Virus record (IMG/VR): IMGVR_UViG_2896607866_000006
Strand: one strand, 5' to 3'
From: a virus
Lineage: Duplodnaviria > Heunggongvirae > Uroviricota > Caudoviricetes
Length of the DNA stretch: 28,573 nt
Part shown: positions 10,565 through 18,965 of the stretch, piece by piece
Layout of the letters: every line of letters starts with the position of its first letter
Position numbering within the stretch: the first letter of the stretch is position 1
Program-made: the position numbers and the translations under genes
The notes under the pieces: model-generated
Databases searched by the model: none
The model's input: the letters and a program-made list of their open reading frames with translations, nothing else
What the model was told of the DNA's origin: nothing

Positions 10565-11326
10565 ATGGAGACTGTTTTTGACGCACTGAAAGCAATGGGA
10601 AAAGCCACATCCATAGAACTTGCTGCGCGACTTGATATCAGTCGTGAAGAAGTGCTGAACGAACTATGGGAACTGAAAAAAGCTGGTTTCGTTGATAAAA
10701 GCGCGTACACCTGGCGTGTGGCTGATAACAACGTTCAGCAGGAACAGCCAATGCAGGCAGAACTGCCGGAAGAAACCACCACGGCAACTGTAGTGAAAAT
10801 CTCAGAGTGCGATTTAACCGCGACGATTGAACAACGCGGACCACAAACGGCGGATGAACTGGCTACGCTGTTCGGTACAACATCCCGCAAAGTTGCTTCA
10901 ACGCTGGCAATGGCAATCAGCAAAGGACGCCTGATTCGCGTAAACCAGAACGGTAAATTTCGTTACTGCATGCCGGGCGATAATTTACCAGCAGAGCCGA
11001 AAGCTGCATCGGTAGCGGAAACTGATGGTAAAGCCTTTCCTCAGCCAGCCGGTGTTGCGTTACCAGTACAGGAAGCGGCAACACAGGAAGATATTAAAAC
11101 AGAAACTGTGGCGGACATTGTGCAGTCGCTGCCATCGTTTACTGAAACGCAAGCGGATGACCTAGTTTTACCATCGCTGCATATGGCAAACCGCGAACTG
11201 CGTCGGGCGAAAAATCATGTCCAGAAGTGGGAGCGAGTCTGCGCCGCGCTGCGGGAGCTGAACAAGCACCGGGATATTGTCCGACAGATTGTCGATTCCT
11301 CCAGTCGTATTGTGTCGGAAAAGTGA
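10565..11326 (+). CDS. Hypothetical phage protein with N-terminal winged-helix-like region (YdaW-like)
   Basis: Start [13 protein letters not shown] with GGGAGG RBS; follows ydaV; the track ORF begins upstream at 10514 with no RBS. Confidence 0.4.
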   Translation: METVFDALKAMGKATSIELAARLDISREEVLNELWELKKAGFVDKSAYTWRVADNNVQQEQPMQAELPEETTTATVVKISECDLTATIEQRGPQTADELATLFGTTSRKVASTLAMAISKGRLIRVNQNGKFRYCMPGDNLPAEPKAASVAETDGKAFPQPAGVALPVQEAATQEDIKTETVADIVQSLPSFTETQADDLVLPSLHMANRELRRAKNHVQKWERVCAALRELNKHRDIVRQIVDSSSRIVSEK

Positions 11327-11341
11327 TTGCCGGAGGCGCTT

Positions 11342-11758
11342 ATGGCAAAAGTTTTTACACAGGAAGAGCGTGAAAAAATTAAGGAGCAGGTTGTTGAGTT
11401 GGTACGCCAGAGTGGGCGCGAGACGTTAAGGCAACTGGAGGCCAAGACAGGTGCGACAAGATATCTGATGAGCATTCTTGCCAGAGAGTTGGTTGCCAGT
11501 GGCGATGTATACAACTCTGGCTATGGGTTATTCCCGTCTGAACAGGCTCGTAAGGATTGGAAAAACGCCCGCAAAAAACTATCCAGGGCAAAGGTGAAAA
11601 AAACGGTTGTGGTTGATCCTGACCTTATCTGGTCATTACCAGACGGAGAAATACGCCGCTATGACAGGCGTCAGAACATAATCTGTCGCGAGTGCCGGAA
11701 GAGTGAAGTTATGAAACGTGTACTGGCATTTTATCAAGGAAATCTTCGGTATTTATAG
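11342..11758 (+). CDS. Hypothetical phage protein, 138 aa
   Basis: ATG with GGAGG RBS 6 nt upstream; basic central stretch KDWKNARKKLSRAKVKK; the track ORF begins at 11327 on a non-ATG codon. Confidence 0.4.
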   Translation: MAKVFTQEEREKIKEQVVELVRQSGRETLRQLEAKTGATRYLMSILARELVASGDVYNSGYGLFPSEQARKDWKNARKKLSRAKVKKTVVVDPDLIWSLPDGEIRRYDRRQNIICRECRKSEVMKRVLAFYQGNLRYL

Positions 11759-11954
11759 ACGTTACTAGATCAAAGAGCATTAGTTCATATGTAAATTGAC
11801 ATTTTTCTGGCACAGGGGAGAGCTAGCGTGGTTGTCCGCTTTGTGCCAGGAGCGGAAGTAGCAAACCAGATTTTACTGAAGCTTGAGCAGAGATACCACC
11901 AACTGATGCCTATCAGTAATGGGGCTCTTGATGATTCAAATAAAAAAGATTAAA

Positions 11955-11983
11955 TTGATTAAGATTATTCTTACTTGATTAAT
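11955..11983 (+). promoter_or_regulatory. Candidate sigma70 promoter for the three-gene cassette (TTGATT, 17-nt spacer, ATTAAT)
   Basis: -35-like TTGATT at 11955-11960 and -10-like ATTAAT at 11978-11983 in an AT-rich leader about 70 bp upstream of the cassette start. Confidence 0.25.
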
Positions 11984-12055
11984 TGTTTTGCGCATGGGCT
12001 TGGAAAACCATGAATCAGATCTTCACTAGATAAAACAACGAACTATGGAGGAAGC

Positions 12056-13147
12056 GTGGGCGGCGAAACTAAGAATATTGATGAGATTGCAGGTATCATT
12101 TCCAGTAGAATTTTTGATGAGTTAGGCTGGAAAACCCAAAATACAACGGATATAAGTTGGGACTGTTGTTTGAGATCTCATCTAAACGCTAAACAACTTT
12201 TATCTGAAAACCCAAAAAAAACTCATCCTACGGATGTAGTCTTCAAATATAAAGATCCTTATTCAGATATAACTCAGTATATACAAACAGATTTAAAATC
12301 TTATTGTGCCAGCACGCTTGACGGTACAAAATCAATATTGAACACTGTACGAAGTTTATCACAACAGGTAGCTTGCGCGCCAAGAAGTCCTGAGTGGCGG
12401 CGTCTATTTGTTGACAGCACAAATGAGAAATATCAAGTTAACGGCCTACTTTTTATATATAATCATGACAATAAATATGACTCTGATTTAATTGAGAAAT
12501 TAAATGGAGCAGCCACAGCAAGTTATGATTTTCCAGAGAACTCTGTGATTGCCGTTTTTGACCCAACTATGATCAGATTTTTACTAGATGTTACAGAACA
12601 CATCGAGACTAGAAGAGGAATTACTGACAAAGTAACACAAGAAACAAATATGTTATGGCAAAAAATTCCTGAGATAGAGAACTGTACATATTTTTACCCT
12701 GACAAACATAATAAAATAGCAACGAAAGGGAAAATCCTTCCAGCCACAATTGAAATGATAACATCTGGGATGATTTTTTACTCATATGAACACGAATATA
12801 TTAGAAATGATGGTGGCGATAGAATAAGAAATAAAATATTGAATATATTCTGGAAGGAAGAGGTTGATTCCAGTAACCACTTTATATTTCTTTTAGAGTA
12901 TATATTTAACTATCAATTACTCAATCAATTTGACAAAATATTTGTTATAACTCCGTTCTCATCACACTCAAGCATTCATTTGCAATCCGCCATTAATGAT
13001 TACATAGGAATATATTCTTTCACTCAATCTCATATAGAAACGTTAAAGGAAAAAATAGTATCCATTCCTTTTGTTAATCAAAAGCTATCTATATTTGAGT
13101 ACCAGGTTGCCAGCAAGCAGGTGAATAGAAAATGTCACTTTTCATAA
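12056..13147 (+). CDS. Cassette gene A: 363-aa protein of unknown function, possible N-terminal PD-(D/E)xK-like motif
   Basis: GTG start with GGAGG RBS 4 nt upstream; AT-rich codon usage unlike flanking prophage genes; HPTDVVFKY ... YIQTDLKSY has the spacing of a D ... (D/E)xK nuclease core (inference only). Confidence 0.55.
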   Translation: MGGETKNIDEIAGIISSRIFDELGWKTQNTTDISWDCCLRSHLNAKQLLSENPKKTHPTDVVFKYKDPYSDITQYIQTDLKSYCASTLDGTKSILNTVRSLSQQVACAPRSPEWRRLFVDSTNEKYQVNGLLFIYNHDNKYDSDLIEKLNGAATASYDFPENSVIAVFDPTMIRFLLDVTEHIETRRGITDKVTQETNMLWQKIPEIENCTYFYPDKHNKIATKGKILPATIEMITSGMIFYSYEHEYIRNDGGDRIRNKILNIFWKEEVDSSNHFIFLLEYIFNYQLLNQFDKIFVITPFSSHSSIHLQSAINDYIGIYSFTQSHIETLKEKIVSIPFVNQKLSIFEYQVASKQVNRKCHFS

Positions 13148-13157
13148 GGAGTATGAC

Positions 13158-14405
13158 ATGAATAAATATCAAGCTACGTTGTTTTCAAACGAAAGTGACA
13201 TTTATACCGCCCTCCACTCTAACAGTGCAAAAATCACAGATGTTACATTAAGGAAAATCGCCTTCAATAGAGGGATAATTTTCCCATCTAACTTATCAAA
13301 AGAGGTATTGATAGAAAAATTATCAGACCTGCCATTTTCATATAATCACATCAGAGAAGTACAAGATAAACTGGCAACCAAACCCAGCCAAGACGTCTTC
13401 TCAGTAAAACGTATATATGAAGAATTTGATATAGAGAAACTCTATGACGTTGTAAACAAAGTGAAAGAAAATAGACCCAAGTTGCTAGGGCATGAGAAAA
13501 TTGATCATTACTCAGGCTTGCAAACCTATCATATATCTATTGATTATACTGAGTTTGATTTTAGAAGGGGTAAGTTTCAGCAGAAAAAATTGTACAGTGG
13601 GAGTATAGTTTTTATAGTAAAAAAAGGATATGTTTCAGTAAGATATAACTATACGCCACGCATTTCAGAAATTCTCAAGCAAATAATTGATACATATTCA
13701 TCAACAGTTTGTAACAACATAGTTGTCAACGAAATAGATTTATCAAGTATCGTCGATACAGATCTTAGGAATATTTTTGCTGTTCATCTTTATGATTTTG
13801 ATGGAAATTATAAAAAAACAGGACTTGAATATGCTGGTCTTGAAAAGGTTAGAGTAAGCAGAATAAAAACATCTCTGGATATTAATGGAGATAATCTCGA
13901 AGGAAATAATAACGAAGAAACACAAGAGTTATTAAACAAGATTTCACCTTCTACAGATAACGAAAATGATGATGACATTAATAATCAGGAAATGGCATCT
14001 GACGATGATGAAAACCTAACTTTTAACATTAACAATGCCGCGTATGATGGCCTATCATTAGTGAACGCACCTCAAATTAAGGAACTGTGCAGTGATGGGT
14101 TTTATCGAAGCTTAATTCGATGGAAGTCATTTTCCTCAGTAGTTAAGAATCATACTATAACTTTTGAACTTAGTTTCGATGATAAATATCTTGGGAAAAA
14201 TATAAAATTCAGAGCGTTATACAAAGAAAGCAACTCTGCATCCGCAGAGAGAGAAAAACTCAGTGACGCAGACTTTGATCAAGTCATGAAACAATTAGAA
14301 GATAAAATATTTTTGATTAATGACTTTATTATCGAAGAGCATACCAAGCGATACCCAGTAACGAAAGCTATGTCTTGCGAGACTTTGAATCAGGAGGCTG
14401 GATGA
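13158..14405 (+). CDS. Cassette gene B: 415-aa protein of unknown function with an acidic low-complexity linker
   Basis: ATG 10 nt after gene A stop with AAGGAG RBS; acidic linker NEETQELLNKISPSTDNENDDDINNQEMASDDDEN separating two regions; no Walker or other recognisable catalytic motif. Confidence 0.6.
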   Translation: MNKYQATLFSNESDIYTALHSNSAKITDVTLRKIAFNRGIIFPSNLSKEVLIEKLSDLPFSYNHIREVQDKLATKPSQDVFSVKRIYEEFDIEKLYDVVNKVKENRPKLLGHEKIDHYSGLQTYHISIDYTEFDFRRGKFQQKKLYSGSIVFIVKKGYVSVRYNYTPRISEILKQIIDTYSSTVCNNIVVNEIDLSSIVDTDLRNIFAVHLYDFDGNYKKTGLEYAGLEKVRVSRIKTSLDINGDNLEGNNNEETQELLNKISPSTDNENDDDINNQEMASDDDENLTFNINNAAYDGLSLVNAPQIKELCSDGFYRSLIRWKSFSSVVKNHTITFELSFDDKYLGKNIKFRALYKESNSASAEREKLSDADFDQVMKQLEDKIFLINDFIIEEHTKRYPVTKAMSCETLNQEAG

Positions 14406-15058
14406 TGATAAAGGTAAAAATTTATAAAGCAGAAAAGGATATAACTAAAAGTGAGTTATTACATAAAGTAAATGACAACCTCTATGATGAAGATAAAGGA
14501 TATGGTTTTCAAATCATTAATAACTCTGAAGTGCTTAAACTAAGATTTACCATGAGAAGCATTAGCAAGCAAAGCTTAGAATATGCTAATGGCGAGCGTT
14601 CAGAGGTTGAAATAGCAACTTACTTAAATGTGGACTTTGGCGTCAGACAAGGGAAAAAAATCATACTATATGCCACTAATCCTCCATTAAGTATGAAAGT
14701 GCCTTATACTATGGTGCAAAAACTATTTGGTGAAGATAGTGGCTTGAGACCAGTAGAATTTGATCTGAGAAAAATTGTAAATGGTCTTTCTGAGGGCTTT
14801 GACATCAAGATAAAATCCATGTCTCTATCTAATATCTCTGTTGATCCTTTTACTTTAGCAAAGACAAAAATAGTAAGCTCAAAGAATCTCCAAGAAATTT
14901 ATCAGAATAAATACATGAATAGTTCGGCCGTTTTTGATTCCGTACATTTCTTCGTTAACGGAATTGAAACGGAATTATCTAGGACGGGTAGATTCCGTGT
15001 GAGAGAGAGTCAGCTTCCAACACTTTTATCCATCTTAGAAACTTTCAGAATTTTGTGA
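14402..15058 (+). CDS. Cassette gene C: 218-aa protein of unknown function
   Basis: Start MMIKVKIYK with GGAGG RBS; ATGA overlap with gene B stop; followed by an intrinsic terminator. Confidence 0.55.
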   Translation: MMIKVKIYKAEKDITKSELLHKVNDNLYDEDKGYGFQIINNSEVLKLRFTMRSISKQSLEYANGERSEVEIATYLNVDFGVRQGKKIILYATNPPLSMKVPYTMVQKLFGEDSGLRPVEFDLRKIVNGLSEGFDIKIKSMSLSNISVDPFTLAKTKIVSSKNLQEIYQNKYMNSSAVFDSVHFFVNGIETELSRTGRFRVRESQLPTLLSILETFRIL

Positions 15059-15074
15059 AATATATAAGGAACTC

Positions 15075-15102
15075 AGGCCTACTTCGTCAGTAGGCCCCTT
15101 TT
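15075..15102 (+). terminator. Rho-independent terminator closing the three-gene cassette
   Basis: aggcctac / gtaggcc stem followed by cccTTTT, 17 bp after the gene C stop. Confidence 0.6.
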
Positions 15103-15612
15103 CCGGTTTGTACTTATCTAGTCATCGATTTGATCGTAATGATTCACACAGGATGCTGTTAGCAATGTCCGCTCTTCGCTCAAAGCGGACTAAAATGTTG
15201 GCTTGTTTCTGACTTAGAGCATTTAAGGAAGTGCTGGTGGTGACTGGTTGTTGTGTTCCATTTCTACAGAATAAAATCACAGAAACTATACCCAATAGTT
15301 GTATTGAATCACTGACGAGACAGCCTCATATTTATCAGGACTGGTGTGCGTCTAATACAGGGGGTTGTCGTGCTGGTTCTCAAATGTGCGCTGGCTATTG
15401 CGGCTGTAATGGCAATTTATTGTCTTGCTGTTGTTCTTATGGAGCGGCTTTCTGATTGATTACATACTGGCTAGAAAAAAGGTGTTACCTTGGTTTATCT
15501 TTGTCCGGCAAGGTGCGCTCATTAATCTTAAGTAAATTTATTGCTCAAGTATTCAGATTACTTCTTATGGTTGAAGTCTCCTGTCAATGTAGAACCAATA
15601 TATTTACAAAAA

Positions 15613-15642
15613 TGAGACCCGTCGGGGATAGCCCTGCCGGGT
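15613..15642 (-). terminator. Putative intrinsic terminator downstream of the YeaR-like gene
   Basis: agacccg / cgggtct stem; on the minus strand it is followed by a T-run (plus-strand A-run 15607-15612). Confidence 0.4.
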
Positions 15643-15673
15643 CTGACTGTTAAAGCATTTTTAATATGATCAT

Positions 15674-16012
15674 CTATTTTTTGGTGCTATAGACTTTTTC
15701 GCCCGAAAAGTCTGGAGCGACCCAAAAGTTAATATTAAACTGAGCATCATCGCTTAGTTCAACACGGTGCCAGTATTGTGGTGGGCTTGTTGCAAAAGCG
15801 CCAGCATTAATGACTACTTTTATCTCCGGTTCAGTAGCATTCTCATCAGTAAAACCATAATATGTTACAGTGCCTTCCATTACGCACAACTGCCCAAAAA
15901 CACCTGCTGCTGTATTATGATGTGTTAATAACGCTGAAGGTACGTTCTCTTTTGTGAAGAACGGAGTTGAGCGTTTGATTACCCAATCTTTAGGAATTCT
16001 CTTGTGTGTCAT
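15674..16012 (-). CDS. DUF1971 / YeaR-like small cupin-type protein, 112 aa
   Basis: Start MTHKRIPKDW with GGAGGAGGTGG RBS; segments RSTPFFTKENVPSA, GFTDENATEPE and FNINFWVAPD resemble recalled E. coli YeaR (RSTPFW ... FNIDFFVAPE). Confidence 0.45.
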   Translation of the reverse strand: MTHKRIPKDWVIKRSTPFFTKENVPSALLTHHNTAAGVFGQLCVMEGTVTYYGFTDENATEPEIKVVINAGAFATSPPQYWHRVELSDDAQFNINFWVAPDFSGEKVYSTKK

Positions 16013-16021
16013 AACCACCTC

Positions 16022-16056
16022 CTCCAAAAGATGCATTAAAAATGCATCTTTTGGAG
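16022..16056. promoter_or_regulatory. Perfect 15-bp-arm palindrome overlapping the RBS of the YeaR-like gene
   Basis: ctccaaaagatgcat (taaaa) atgcatcttttggag; the minus-strand GGAGG Shine-Dalgarno lies inside one arm; no flanking T-run, so not a terminator. Confidence 0.4.
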
Positions 16057-16825
16057 GGTTATGTCAAGCTGTTATGAAACACATAATTGATATGTTGATT
16101 AGAGGAGAAGATAGAATAAATATGGTTGTTTTTCGTATAACTATTTGTTTTACTTTTAGTTTATGCATTCTGTGTGTTAGGAATAAGTTATTAAAGTTTA
16201 ATCAAAAAATCTCGATGTAGTCCACATAGATTACTGTTACTGAACCTTATTGTGTGTATTAGTTGTGTTCTGAAATTTCAGCTTAATTATTTATGATGTA
16301 TTTTTTAACGATAAATATTTTCCCAGGATACCTTTACTGTGTATATAAATAAATTATATACGCATAAATAATGTAAAGGCGTCCTTTTAGATATATCTTA
16401 TCAAATGTTAATGACTTGAGTGGGAAATATGATTCCAGCAACTTATCATGTGGCTACTTTATAAAAATAATGCCCATATAAAACAACAAGCGAAAAGGAT
16501 TACGGATAAAAAAGGAGCGAGATGTGCGAACTTGTTATTTTCCATGTTTAACCACCTTAAATAATTGATGATGACGGGATGATTGCATCTGTAATGCTTT
16601 TATTGAAATGTTATGATAAAAAAGAACTTTTGCATAACATTAAAATGTAATTTATCTAATCGTTTTTAATAATAAGTGTCGTATTTCTATCCTTGTACCA
16701 GCTATTTGATATGTAGTGTTTGTTCATGCTATGTGGGGCTTTACACCATAGCCAGTTTATTTATACTTTATTCGTCAGCCTGAACAACTGGCATCTGCTG
16801 CGCTGCGCCATCGAGAGATTGAGAA

Positions 16826-17425
16826 ATGGCGCATATACAACTGGTCAAACAAACCTCTTCTGGTTTACTTCTCCCGGCGACGCCGGAGAGTTGCGATTTT
16901 CTGCATCAAATCAAAATAGGTGAGTGGATACACGCAGACTTTAAGCGTGTGCGTAACTACGCATTCCACAAGCGTTTTTTCAAACTCCTGCAACTGGGAT
17001 TCGATTACTGGACTCCGGTCGGTGGGGCGATCACGCCTCGCGAACGAGAACTGCTGTCTGGTTTCGTTGATTACCTGTGCGAATCAGTTGGTCGGGAACA
17101 CACGCCAGCCCTGAGTGATGCCGCAGAGCAATACCTTAACACCGTTGCGACTCGTAGAACCCGGGATACGGCGTTGCTAAAGTCGTTTGAGGCTTTCCGC
17201 GAGTGGGTAACCATTCAGGCCGGATTTTACACCGAGCATATTTATCCGGACGGTAGCCGTGGGCGTCGGGCAAAATCCATCGCTTTTGCGAATATGGACG
17301 AAGTCGAGTTTCAGCAGGTTTATAAATCTGTACTGAATGTGTTGTGGAACTGGATTCTGTTCCGTAAATTCTCCTCTCAGGAGGAAGTTGAAAATGTGGC
17401 CGCACAACTACTGGAGTTTGCGTAA
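16826..17425 (+). CDS. Hypothetical lambdoid nin-region protein, 199 aa
   Basis: Upstream of and coupled (TAATG) to a ybcO-like gene; first ORF after the AT-rich non-coding region. Confidence 0.45.
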   Translation: MAHIQLVKQTSSGLLLPATPESCDFLHQIKIGEWIHADFKRVRNYAFHKRFFKLLQLGFDYWTPVGGAITPRERELLSGFVDYLCESVGREHTPALSDAAEQYLNTVATRRTRDTALLKSFEAFREWVTIQAGFYTEHIYPDGSRGRRAKSIAFANMDEVEFQQVYKSVLNVLWNWILFRKFSSQEEVENVAAQLLEFA

Positions 17426-17715
17426 TGGTGAATTTACGTAAAGCGGCTAAAGGCCAGATGTGCCAGATCAGAATCCCTGGCTACTGCAATCACAATCCCG
17501 AAACCTCTGTGCTGGCGCATTACAGGCTGGCGGGGACGTGCGGAACAGCGACAAAACCACATGATATGCAGGCGGCGATAGCCTGTAGCTCATGCCACGA
17601 TCTAATCGACGGGCGGGTAAAAACCAGCGATTACACCAAAGAAGAATTGCGCCTGATGCATGCTGAAGGGGTTTTTCGCACACAAGAAATCTGGAGAAAG
17701 AAAGGTCATTTATGA
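17425..17715 (+). CDS. YbcO-like putative nuclease (Cys/His-rich), 96 aa
   Basis: Cys/His pattern CQIRIPGYCNHNPE ... HYRLAGTCG ... CSSCHDLIDGR; same length as recalled DLP12 YbcO; position immediately before the Q-like gene. Confidence 0.5.
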   Translation: MVNLRKAAKGQMCQIRIPGYCNHNPETSVLAHYRLAGTCGTATKPHDMQAAIACSSCHDLIDGRVKTSDYTKEELRLMHAEGVFRTQEIWRKKGHL

Positions 17716-18254
17716 TTTACCCAACGAATACAGGAAAAAGCGGAGAACACCTTCGCCTCACCACGCTGGAAAGTGTCTGGATTCAGGGAAAACTACGTAT
17801 GTGGGGGCGCTGGTCGTATATTGGCGGTGGCAGGTCAGGGAATATGTTCAATCAGTTGTTGGCATCCAAAAAACTGACGAAAACAGCCATTAATGAAGCC
17901 CTGCGCAGAATGAAAAAAGCGGGAATAGAGAAAGCTGAGCTGGAAGCGTTTTTGCGAGAGATGATCAACGGCAAGCAAAAGAGCTGGCTGGCGCATTGTA
18001 CTGATGCAGAGGCGTTATGTATTGATCGAGTCATAAGTGAGGTGCTGGCAGAGCATCCAGGATTGATTTGCATTCTCCGGCAACGCTATGAAGGGCGGGG
18101 GATGACTAAGCGCAAAATGGCTGAATTGCTAAATGATGCACACCCAGAGTGGTGTTTTAGCACATGCGAAAAACGGATTGCTAATTGGTTAGCTGTTGCT
18201 GAGTATGCCCTATATATTCCCATGCGTGAATCATTTGCTGAGAAAATGGCTTGA
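17712..18254 (+). CDS. Late-gene antiterminator Q-like protein (phage 82/QuuD-type), 180 aa
   Basis: N-terminal KLRMWGRWSY resembles the LERWGAW motif recalled from QuuD-type Q proteins; ATGA coupling to the upstream gene; a strong intrinsic terminator lies 80 bp downstream. Confidence 0.45.
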   Translation: MIYPTNTGKSGEHLRLTTLESVWIQGKLRMWGRWSYIGGGRSGNMFNQLLASKKLTKTAINEALRRMKKAGIEKAELEAFLREMINGKQKSWLAHCTDAEALCIDRVISEVLAEHPGLICILRQRYEGRGMTKRKMAELLNDAHPEWCFSTCEKRIANWLAVAEYALYIPMRESFAEKMA

Positions 18255-18333
18255 TTTCTTACGTATAAACTGCTTCAATTTTGCTATGCTTCGCAAAGCT
18301 GTATCGCGAGGCGGATTGCAGACATGGACATCG

Positions 18334-18361
18334 TAAAAAAACCGCTTAATGCGGTTTTTTT
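18334..18361 (+). terminator. Rho-independent terminator (tR'-like) downstream of the Q-like gene
   Basis: AAAAAAA-accgc-ttaat-gcggt-TTTTTTT; symmetric A/T runs, so potentially bidirectional. Confidence 0.65.
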
Positions 18362-18681
18362 ACGTCAGGAAAGCAGGGGAGAATGCTGCTAGTTGGGCAA
18401 CTGGTCTTTCTGCTCCAAATTATAACAGAGACCAGTTATAGTTTCGGTGCTGTGTTTTTTTTACAATATTGTGATAACACATTGCTGGCGGGAGTTTTGA
18501 TATTTCTTGGCAGGGGCTGATGATGCGTTATCCTGATGTCGTCAACTCATATAAAATGAGATGAGAGATCATTGCAGGGTGGTTTGTAATTCGCTGTTTA
18601 GCGGGACAATATGTTGTCTGATACAAGACACCCGACGCCTCAGATTACTATAATAAAGACGAAGCATCCTTTGTATTGACC

Positions 18682-18707
18682 AACCGCCTGTTTAGGCGGT
18701 TCTTTTT
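18682..18707 (+). terminator. Second Rho-independent terminator
   Basis: aaccgcct-gttt-aggcggtt stem-loop followed by cTTTTT. Confidence 0.5.
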
Positions 18708-18965
18708 GGGCTGGTTTATTGTATGCCAAATGATTATTAAAAAGGTTGTGTTAATAACAAAATCCGAAATAATATGCCTGCATATTTTTATCTTGCTTAT
18801 ATTCTGCATATTGTGCATAGCAGGCTCATCCCTGCAATCAAAACTGTATGATGAGTATTTTTTGTTTTCCTTTTTTCCAGTCATCTGATGATGACCTGCT
18901 TCTTTTTAATCCGGATCGACATCAGTTTTTTAAGTAAGCGCCCCGAGAAGTACGTAGCGTAAGGA

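Noticed and set aside
11955-15102. Assignment of the three-gene cassette to a known multi-gene defence family (Gabija, Septu, Lamassu, Zorya, Kiwa and similar)
   Set aside because: No Walker A/B ATPase, helicase, SMC-like coiled coil, TIR, SIR2, HNH or multi-pass membrane signatures are visible in any of the three proteins, so no known-family assignment can be supported from sequence inspection alone.
18648-18888. Overlapping ORFs on both strands (70 and 78 aa) after the second terminator, one encoding a hydrophobic peptide that could be holin-like
   Set aside because: Very AT-rich, low-complexity, no convincing RBS, and the plus-strand ORF starts inside the terminator stem; a single hydrophobic stretch is not enough to call a holin.
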